A program made the position numbers and the translations under genes. DNA of 22,290 bases from positions 75,305 to 97,594 of the forward strand of contig CAJNXB010003524.1 of the NCBI GenBank assembly GCA_905331015.1, read 5' to 3'. A model generated the notes under the pieces. The model was given only the letters and a program-made list of their open reading frames with translations. It was not told where the DNA came from and made no database searches. The number at the start of each line of letters is the position of its first letter. Positions within the stretch are counted from its first letter, which is position 1. Below, piece by piece: positions 1 to 8,541 of the stretch. This stretch comes from Rotaria socialis. Lineage: Eukaryota.

Positions 1-1469
1 CGAAATTTGTAATATTAGAATGCAATATAGAAGGTTCTAGGAATAAAAATGGAAGTATAAAGGTTAAATGAATAGAAATGAACTTTTACGCAGTGGCTCA
101 TTTCTTTTAAAGATGCTTGAAAGGCCCTGATAGATTCCTACAAATCCATACTAGACTACTAAAACATACAGTCTAGATTGCATTCTCGAACTGCTACCTT
201 GCCTTGTTAGTGATAAAATGCATGAAAAGCTAATTTTTCCAGTCTTGCTTTTCTTCGCTGACTAGAAATCCATGAAATACGTTCTGTCCTATCGAAAGCT
301 CTATTCTAACCTCTTAATTTGTTTAATGAGCTAGCTAAACCATATGTACACATTAAATGTGGACTAAATAAAGGTATATTCTTTTATTAGTGAACACAAC
401 GAATTGTATCAGATTATATGTGAAGCAGCATAAAAAAGTATTATATTTTGCACTTGTAACAAAGTCGAATCAGTCATGTTGGTTATACTTATTCTTGGAT
501 GGCCGTGTTTTTTTCCGAATACTAATCGATTAAAGGTTTCATCGCACACTGCGAAAGTTATATCCTATATTAGATATTGTGTGCAATATTCCATTTTAAT
601 CTGAATAGAAGCAACGCAATCTGCTATCTTTGTTGGAGATGATATTGCTCCTCACCAGTAAATAGCGGGTTACAGTCAAACAAATGTTTTTATATTTGCT
701 GTATCTTTTTTTAAATGACAGACAAGCGCATCATTATTTATTTTCGTTCTTAGGCACGCCGACCAGTTGCATATCGTGTTTTTCTTGGACGCTTCGTAGG
801 AAGAAACATAGAGAGAGTAAGGTTCGACATTATTTTAACTACCACTACGTTATTACAGTGACGATAAAGAATACTGCAATCATGGGATTTCAAACTGTTG
901 ATATCATTATGTCAAGTTTGTTGTGTGCAATAAAATGGAATGATATAGTCGGTAAGATAAAAGATTATTTCTCTTACGTCTATCTTGTTCTCGCTGCTGT
1001 GCTACTTGTGTTGACAATAGACGACTGATTTATCGTGTTGCCGATATAACCATTATTGCACAAATCAGAAGCTATTTAGAATGTATAAAAAGTAGACTTT
1101 ACAATTCGATCATTGACTCGTCATCAAGAATGTTCTTGACAACCTCAAGTATCGAGACTACTGAAAACTACTCGAAAGCTTAGATAGAAATTCTTTTAGT
1201 TTATCGGAAAATTGAGTTGAAATACCACAAAAATTTCACCTTTTAAATGTGAATCTAACAGAAAGTAAGCCAAATATCGAATCAGCTCTTACTTTCTCAA
1301 TTATTTCTGTCATGAAGTCGTACGTTGATGAAACACAATTAGCAACGTGTCATATAAGTAACATACAATTAATATTTATAACTCATTTCCTACTTTTACG
1401 AGCAGCAACAAACACATATTAGGTTTTGTAGGAGATTTTTCATATGAAAATAAACATTCGAGTACACTA

Positions 1470-1525
1470 GGGTGTGGTTGTGGAATGATGATGCATGGCA
1501 GACCCACACCCACATCACCCACACT
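1470..1525. repeat. Telomere-like G-rich/C-rich inverted cluster 1
   Basis: GGGTGTGG (1470-1477) followed by its inverted complement CCACACCC (1504-1511) inside ACCCACACCCACATCACCCACAC. Confidence 0.55.
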
Positions 1526-1586
1526 TTGAAGAAAATAATAATAAATCAACTGTATACTTTTGTCTTCGTATAACACGAATCTCTAC

Positions 1587-1854
1587 CCCAGGAGAATCTT
1601 CCGACCGTCTGAAACGGCGCCTTAAAAGGCAGAAAACGGCTAGAAAACGGTGAAATAAGGCGTCGTTTTTTACCTTATTTCGCCGGAATCCGTCAGCTCG
1701 CTTTGAGGGCCGTTTTTTTAATAGAAAACGGCCATCGTTTTTCTCCGGTTTTGACATCGTAATCCGGCCTGACGGATTACGGCGCGTTTTTTAACGTTTT
1801 ACACCGTTATTGCGACGTTTAAGGCCGTTTACGGACCGTTTTCTTTCACCTGGG
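1587..1854. mobile_element. Candidate compact non-autonomous DNA element with CCCAGG...CCTGGG ends and multiple internal hairpins
   Basis: Ends CCCAGG/CCTGGG; repeated AAAACGG/CCGTTTT words; inverted repeats GGTGAAATAAGG (1649-1660)/CCTTATTTCGCC (1673-1684), GGCCGTTTT (1708-1716)/AAAACGGCC (1725-1733), GTAATCCG (1759-1766)/CGGATTAC (1773-1780). Composition differs sharply from the AT-rich flanks. Confidence 0.5.
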
Positions 1855-2634
1855 ACATCAGCAATCATAATCATAATACAAATGGTCAAGATGGAAGTTC
1901 GTTTAGAATTAAATAAATTAAACACTATGAATATCAGCGAAAATTGTCAATAGAAAATATCCTTCAGCTGTTGTTGCATTTTCGGGAAAGTCATGTTGAA
2001 TTTACATGAATTCTGTGCAAATTTTGTCTTAGAAGAGTCTTATATTATTTGTAATAGTCAATTATCTTGAAAACAAAAAATTATAGAACTTCTTTATTAG
2101 GCATGTTTTGATTTTACTATTGTGCAGGTTGACGATAAGGTCGACATATCCGAGTAACGCTTTCAGCTGAACAAAATAAGATAAAACCTAGTAAGTGGAA
2201 TATATTTATGCCAGAATTTATTCGTTCATATATACCTTGTTTGGGATAAATTGCTTCCCCACACTGAGATATTATAATGCGAAGAAACCAGTAAATCGAT
2301 AAAAAATATGCATTTTCACAATGAAAGAAAAATGATTCGTTTCATGAAGGTTATACTATTTTTTATGTAGAAACATCTCGTCGAAAGCTGCAAAAGTGCA
2401 ACTGATAGATTGGGTTGTTCTTCTGTGGTCATTTTTACGAGCAACTTTTTTCACATTAATTATGCTCCAACTTTGCAGTTATCAATAAGTATTTTAAAAA
2501 GAATTTTATGTGAATATGATATTTCCTGTTCGATTAAAAGATACGTGTGTTTTCAAGCAAGTAATATTCAATTTGTAGGCATTACAATAAGAATGATATT
2601 CATTGATGGAAAATATATTATATAACTGCAATAA

Positions 2635-3744
2635 AACAACCGTACTCTTAATTGGTGCCTCGATAATGGATTAAATCTTGACGAACAATCAGGCTTTACC
2701 GCTAATCGCAGGCTACAAACTTGAATACTCTCTCTGATTGAAGATATACGGCTAACAGTGGCGGCACCAAACCGTCCGGTGTCAGCAATCTTCATCGATT
2801 TTCTTACGGCATTTGACCGTCTATGGTATCCAGCACTCTTCAAAACATTTAATGATCTTGACATGCCTCTAGATTTACGTCGATGGATCTATGGTTGGTT
2901 GCAAAACCGATCGATGACAATCAGTCACGGAGATGCGGAGTCCAGGGTTACTGGAATCTTTCTAGGTGCACCACAGGGATCTGTGCTTGCAGCTTTGTTA
3001 TTTCGAATCCACATACACTTTTTACCTGGGTATTTCATTCAGATTGTGTCTCATTTATTCGCGGATGATTTAACTATAGTTATTAAAGGAGCACTTGAAA
3101 GGAGGCTATCGGATAATATAAAATATCTAGAAAAACAGACAGAAGAGATCTTAAAATCACTTGAAAAATTTGCCGATGACTATATTTTGCCTGTGAACGT
3201 CTCGAAGACAAAGGCCATGGTAATTCATAGTGCAGTAGTGACAGAGAAACCAAAAATAGAATATAAAAATGTACAAATTAAATATGTAAAATCATTTAAA
3301 TATTTGGGAATTGAGATTGGGACAAAACTAGGTTGGGGAAATTTCGTAAATAATAGATTAAAGAAAGTAAGAAATATTTATGCTGGGTTAAAGAAAATGC
3401 TTAAAGCAATTCCAAAAGATGAAATAAAAATACGTAAAAGACTCTTCTGTGCATATGCACTGCCTCATTTTATCTGGTTGTTCGCAACGTGGTTCTTCTA
3501 TACTGAAAAACAAAAGGCAACCATTGAGCACGTATATGGGACAGGGATAAGAATTATATATAATATGTGGGGATGGGACGATTTAACTACCCTAGCTATA
3601 ACTCAAGAATTTTCATTAAGGGATTATATTTATAAGTACTGGGTAAAATTTGAAAAACATCTAGAGCAGTCATTAGAAGCGGTCTTATACCAACAAACAT
3701 GGACAGCGTTTCTGTTATGTCAGGAGATCTCTCTCCTGCCATAA
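2635..3744 (+). pseudogene. Reverse transcriptase fragment with a premature in-frame stop
   Basis: The frame reads NNRTLNWCLDNGLNLDEQSGFTANRRLQT*ILSLIEDIRLTVAAPNRPVSAIFIDF...; TGA at 2722-2724 sits inside continuous RT-like sequence. The listed 328-aa ORF starts at a GTG internal to the domain. Confidence 0.85.
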
Positions 3745-4451
3745 GTATGTTCTCTCTTCTTCTCTCGGTTTCATTCTATCACGTTTACAATCATTCCATT
3801 CTTCTTCTCTTATCTATTCTATTTAAGTGAGTGTTAATGTTAAAAGAAAGGGGGATTATTTGTGGATGAGAATATAATAATAAGAAGAAGGCGAAATAAA
3901 GAGAAAGAAGATTGTAACAGTTTCTAATAGCTACCTGTCCATCAAAAATTTATTATAAAAGCTGCGGTTTTCGAAAGAATGCTAAATTTCCTCAAAGATT
4001 ATCAGAAAAAGCAAGGCATACGAAGCTTGACCTACTCATGTTTTTCAACGTTCAGAGAAAACAATTATACATTTACAAATATTCCTCATCTATTTTAGAG
4101 TGGTTTATCCTAAAATATTTTCCTAAACCACCCTAATAAAATGGAACTATAATATTAATTCAAAAATTATAAATGTGATGTTTCGTCGTATAAATTGTAT
4201 AACATGTATCTTCCACTCTATCGTTCATTATTATTATAAAATAGACCTAAACGTTTCGCATACTCTAAATGTGCTGTTATTCTCTTTCTTAGTGAATGTA
4301 TAATCTATAATAGATATTTATGTGACTTGTATTCTAAAAATCAAATCAAATGTATCTTGTAAAATTTCTACTAAATATTTTTGTAACTCATTGTGTGTAT
4401 AATTTGTTAACCTTTAAAGGAACAAATAAAATCTTGAATCTCAAAAAAAAA
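2635..4451 (+). mobile_element. 5'-truncated, decayed non-LTR (LINE-type) retrotransposon copy
   Basis: RT domain with DEQSGF, AIFIDFLTAFDRLW, GAPQGSVLAALLF, HLFADDLTIV and FKYLGIEIGTKLGW motifs; an AATAAA (4425-4430) followed by an A-tract (4443-4451) plausibly marks the 3' end. The 5' boundary is approximate. Confidence 0.8.
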
Positions 4452-4607
4452 TCTTGAGATATCGTTACATAACAACGATATTCAAAATTGTTTTATTACT
4501 GTTGTATCAATATCTAAGAAGTAGACAAGTTTTGTTGAGTATGTAATAAAATTAATCACCAGTCATAAAATATCATAAAATCGATTATTCTCTTAGTTAC
4601 CAAATGA

Positions 4608-4614
4608 TATATAA
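4608..4614 (+). promoter_or_regulatory. Possible TATA-like box upstream of the NIDO/AMOP/VWD gene
   Basis: TATATAA about 53 nt upstream of the ATG at 4667. Such strings are common in AT-rich DNA. Confidence 0.2.
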
Positions 4615-4666
4615 GGTCGTGCTTGACAATTCTTGCCGAATTCAATTTTAATACTGTTATTAAAGA

Positions 4667-7600
4667 ATGTTATCAGCATTCTTCTTCACCGCGTTTATTT
4701 TATGTTTGTCAAACACTTTACCATTGTCTGACTTTTTCCCGTTTGGAGAACAGATAGGTGATTCCATTGTGCGACCGAACGATGACGAAGCTGAAGGGCC
4801 TTTTACTTTGCCTCACATTTTCCCCTATTTCGATAATAATCATCGTCAAATTTGGATAGCCAATAATGGTCTTTTCTCGTTTCTCTCAGCGATTCATACG
4901 TTTGTACCAGATCCTTTTCCACTAGCAGATGATCAACGTCTTATAACTGGCTTTTGGTCTGACATCGATACGCGAGGTTTAGTTAATGGTACTGGGAACC
5001 GGGTTTATTATCATATTTACAGCGATACATTTCTATCGAACATTACATTATCAATATTTATGAAAGTCAGGGATTATGTACAAAGATTCTTTTCTCAACA
5101 ACGACTGTTTGAACCAACAATGGTGATCACAGGCACTTGGGATCGTGTCGGCGCTTACGCTAATCAGATAGATAAATTGAATACATTTCAAATTGTATTA
5201 GCTACTGATAGTGAACGAAGTTTTGTTTTCCTTCTTTATCACGATTTGCAATGGGCTGGACCTTCATATACCTCAGAACCCTATGCGCAAGCAGGTTTCA
5301 ATGGTGGTGATGGCATTTCTTTTGAAATGCTTCCCCATTCACGTACGAAAGATATAGTACACCTGGTGAATGAAAGCAATGTTAATATGCCTGGCCTATT
5401 TGTTTTTCGTGTAGACACAGACGAGATTGATGCTGGTGGTTGTAGCAGTAATATATCTGTTGTTACTCTACGTCCACGCATTAGCTCTCAACTAGGATCT
5501 ACGGCATTAAATATTCAAGGACCTTGTTTTAGCAATTCGACTACAATCAAGTGCCGATTTGGTTCATCACCAGAAGTCGTCGACGGGATAATAATTGATA
5601 CATTTCGAGCGATATGTTTGACACCTTTTGCTCCCATACATGGATCAGTACCAGTCAGCGTATCGATTGACAATGGTGTTTCTTACATGCCAGTTAGCAG
5701 TTTTACCTATGCTCCGTTGCAATTTGGTTCAGATGATGTCATCATTGATACAAGAAATCAAGACTATCTACTCAATGTTGTACAATATATTAATCTCACG
5801 TGGCATTTTTCAGAATCAACACGAAATACCTTTCCCAATGGGACTTCCATCGAAATACAACTAGTCGAAGTAAGCCTTAATAATCGCTCTCAATTACAAC
5901 AAGAAAATTCACCTATGATACTTATTCAAGATATAATGCCCGATGTTACCTCGCTTCGTCTCCTTGTACCAGAAAGTATTGCATATATTAAAGCATGCTT
6001 CATCCGTGTTGTAGCTCGTTTCAAGAACAAAACATATGCTGGGCTCAATACAGGCATATTAGCTGTGCGCAGTCTACCTGCATTCGCAACTACATCTTGT
6101 GTCGAATGGTCTCAAGGACAACCTGAACCATCTGCATGGAATGGTGGTATCCTTCCATGTCCAATGACGCGTACACAAGCAGTTGCAGCCGGCCGTTGTT
6201 GTTATGAATCTGATAGTCAATGTTATAGAAATAACCTGAATCAAAATAATTGTTGGCTTCATAGAGCTCGTTCTGAGCTTAATGAAAGTTCGGCTGTTGA
6301 ATGCTATTTGTCGAAAAGTTCGAATATTTATGGTGCCGGGGCCGAATGTTGCTATGATTTTGAAGGACAACTAATAACACGCGGAACTGGCTCAGGTACA
6401 GATGACCGATATCGACCAATCGCATTAGCAGTGCAACATTTTTTTGATGATACATTACCATATCTACAATGTTGTATGTTCAGTAATAATGCTGAAAATT
6501 GTCAGTTATATATGCATTATCGACCACCACGACGAGGTAGTAATACAATGGGTGAAAGTGGTGGAACGTGGGGTGATCCGCATTTCATTACACTAGATGG
6601 AACATCTTATACATTCAACGGTTATGGAGAGTATACTTATTTGGCCATTAGTAATGACCCAAGATCATCAGAAACGTTTCAACCGTCGATCCAATCTCAT
6701 GTCTTTGTATCACAAATTCGTACTATGCCACTTGAGTCAACTAATGTTACTGTTACAAAAGGTTTTGCAGCTCAATCATCGCATCCTGAAAGTCAACCAA
6801 TAAGTATCACTGTTTCTCGTCGTGAAAATCTTGTCATGCGTCGTGGAAATGAAGTTCTTGAGTTCGAAGACAACATTCATATGCTATTTTTTCCTGAAAT
6901 GACCATCGAACGAAATCCAACCGATAGTAATACTATCATTCTTTCGTGGACTATAGGTGTAACTGTTCAGATAAAACTCGTTTTAACGATATCACCTTCG
7001 ACAGCACTCGTGCTTAATGTAGCAGCGTCTGTAGCTGAAACGTTTCGTGGACGAACATATGGCCTGTTAGGTACTTATGATGGTAATTCCACAAATGATT
7101 TACGATCTTCAAATGGAATAATAGTGAATTCTAATGCTTTACCAGAACAAATCCATCAACAGTTCGGTGTTACTTGGGCTATTCGCCCAAATGCTTCTGT
7201 ATTTTACTATGACTTAGGTCAATCAGCCCAATTCTTCGAAGATCAAAATAGATTATTCGTTCCATCTTTTACCGAACCTACCAATACACCAACGCAAGAT
7301 GAATCTGTTCGAGGTATATGCAAAATTGATCCGAATTCTTTATCATCTTCATGGAATATCGCTCAACGAACATGTTACTATGACATGTCAGTTACAAAAG
7401 ATGAAACCTTTGCGCAAACATCTTTTAATATTAGTGATGAACTTTTATCGATTAAAGCTAATTTACGAAATCCACCTCTCTTTAATAGTGAACTTCCTGT
7501 CTACATGCAAGCGAAACATAATGAGCGAATTCATCTAATAATCGACGCAACCAGTAATGATTCCATGAGCAATATTGTTCTATCCGCTGATCATCTACCT

Positions 7601-7822
7601 CGTGATGCTACGTTTAACACACAAACAAAGGTATTTGAGTGGACAGCTATTGAAGGGGAAGACTCTGTTCGAATTCGAGCGAAGGATTTAGCTTTCAATT
7701 TAACAGCAACACACGAAATTGTCTTTCAAGTAAAGCAAATTAATAAGAATAATGCCGCTCATTCAGAGATGCAAGGTGTTTTCCTCCTCTTGGTCGCAAT
7801 TCTTTGTATGCTTTCTAAATAA
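4667..7822 (+). CDS. Secreted or surface NIDO-IPT/TIG-AMOP-VWD-cadherin-like protein (SUSD2/mucin-4-like architecture)
   Basis: 1051-aa uninterrupted ORF; N-terminal hydrophobic signal peptide; NIDO-like region (IWIANNGLFSF...ITGFWSDIDTR...NTFQIVLATD...AGFNGGD); IPT/TIG-like region (VVTLRPRISSQLGSTALNIQGPCF); AMOP-like Cys pattern; VWD start GGTWGDPHFITLDGTSYTFNGYGEYTYL; cadherin-like LPRDATFNTQTKVFEWTAIEGEDSVRIRAKD; C-terminal hydrophobic tail VFLLLVAILCMLSK. Confidence 0.9.
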   Translation: MLSAFFFTAFILCLSNTLPLSDFFPFGEQIGDSIVRPNDDEAEGPFTLPHIFPYFDNNHRQIWIANNGLFSFLSAIHTFVPDPFPLADDQRLITGFWSDIDTRGLVNGTGNRVYYHIYSDTFLSNITLSIFMKVRDYVQRFFSQQRLFEPTMVITGTWDRVGAYANQIDKLNTFQIVLATDSERSFVFLLYHDLQWAGPSYTSEPYAQAGFNGGDGISFEMLPHSRTKDIVHLVNESNVNMPGLFVFRVDTDEIDAGGCSSNISVVTLRPRISSQLGSTALNIQGPCFSNSTTIKCRFGSSPEVVDGIIIDTFRAICLTPFAPIHGSVPVSVSIDNGVSYMPVSSFTYAPLQFGSDDVIIDTRNQDYLLNVVQYINLTWHFSESTRNTFPNGTSIEIQLVEVSLNNRSQLQQENSPMILIQDIMPDVTSLRLLVPESIAYIKACFIRVVARFKNKTYAGLNTGILAVRSLPAFATTSCVEWSQGQPEPSAWNGGILPCPMTRTQAVAAGRCCYESDSQCYRNNLNQNNCWLHRARSELNESSAVECYLSKSSNIYGAGAECCYDFEGQLITRGTGSGTDDRYRPIALAVQHFFDDTLPYLQCCMFSNNAENCQLYMHYRPPRRGSNTMGESGGTWGDPHFITLDGTSYTFNGYGEYTYLAISNDPRSSETFQPSIQSHVFVSQIRTMPLESTNVTVTKGFAAQSSHPESQPISITVSRRENLVMRRGNEVLEFEDNIHMLFFPEMTIERNPTDSNTIILSWTIGVTVQIKLVLTISPSTALVLNVAASVAETFRGRTYGLLGTYDGNSTNDLRSSNGIIVNSNALPEQIHQQFGVTWAIRPNASVFYYDLGQSAQFFEDQNRLFVPSFTEPTNTPTQDESVRGICKIDPNSLSSSWNIAQRTCYYDMSVTKDETFAQTSFNISDELLSIKANLRNPPLFNSELPVYMQAKHNERIHLIIDATSNDSMSNIVLSADHLPRDATFNTQTKVFEWTAIEGEDSVRIRAKDLAFNLTATHEIVFQVKQINKNNAAHSEMQGVFLLLVAILCMLSK

Positions 7823-7978
7823 CATAAAGAAAGCTTACATAGCGTCAATGGACAAACAACTATCACAAGAATAATAAGACAACTGATTTTTTATACAAAA
7901 GTCATTCAAGAATTTTTTGATATCTTGCTTTTCACAATGAAAACGAATACTCGTAGTAAAACAGGTACGATGGCATGT

Positions 7979-8062
7979 GGGTATGGGTATGGGTGTGAGG
8001 GTGGGTGTGAGGGTGTCGGTGTGGATTTTTCTTACTACAATCATATCCACCACCCACACCCT
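7979..8062. repeat. Telomere-like G-rich/C-rich inverted cluster 2 with G-quadruplex potential
   Basis: GGG tracts at 7979-7981, 7985-7987, 7991-7993, 7999-8001, 8003-8005 and 8011-8013 in GGGTATGGGTATGGGTGTGAGGGTGGGTGTGAGGGTG, followed by CCACCACCCACACCCTGACC. Confidence 0.65.
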
Positions 8063-8183
8063 GACCACAAAAACGGAAGGAGTCACCTCTGGTGGTTCCC
8101 TCGTAAGTTATGTACAATCCCTACATAAAAATATTATCTTCTCTTTGTTTCTACACTATCATCCCTTACATCAAATTTATTAT

Positions 8184-8265
8184 GTCGTAAAGATACGAAA
8201 TAAGTTTTTTATTTATGTGTGATCTGCACTATTAAAATAAAACTCTTATTTCATATCTTTACGAC
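8184..8265. repeat. Stem-loop: 21-bp inverted repeat with 40-nt loop
   Basis: GTCGTAAAGATACGAAATAAG (8184-8204) versus CTTATTTCATATCTTTACGAC (8245-8265), 20/21 complementary. Confidence 0.75.
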
Positions 8266-8479
8266 GCAGTCAATTTCATGCAAAGTATGATAGTATAATA
8301 ACAAAGTGGGGGAGACTTGCGTAGAGGATTTAACTATAGAGAATATGAATACTACCAATGGTGGATCGAAATCCTTACAAAAATGAGTACTATTCTCAGT
8401 CACACAAAGAATTGAGGATGTTGTCTACACGATTTTGAAGAACGTTCGTCTAGCCAACGATCGTTTTTTTTGTAGTAAA

Positions 8480-8541
8480 GGGTGTGTGCGGTGTGGGTGT
8501 GAGCGTGGATATGAAACTATGCGCCACTCACACCCACACCC
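8480..8541. repeat. Telomere-like G-rich/C-rich inverted cluster 3
   Basis: GGTGTGGGTGTGAG (8490-8503) and its perfect inverted copy CTCACACCCACACC (8527-8540), loop 23 nt. Confidence 0.7.

Noticed and set aside
684-1028. 114-aa plus-strand ORF with a hydrophobic C-terminus
   Set aside because: No recognisable domain and low-complexity AT-rich translation. It could be an exon fragment, but evidence is insufficient for a CDS call.
1376-1757. Minus-strand ORFs of 66 and 80 aa
   Set aside because: They cross the G-rich cluster and the hairpin-rich repeat block; no independent coding support.
5281-6461. Antisense and alternate-frame ORFs inside the 1051-aa gene
   Set aside because: Shorter than the strongly supported + strand domain-containing frame; expected by chance.
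7925-8128. ORFs with GYGYGCEGGCEGVGVD or HPHTHPHTHTHTH
   Set aside because: Translations of the G/T-rich telomere-like tract, not proteins.
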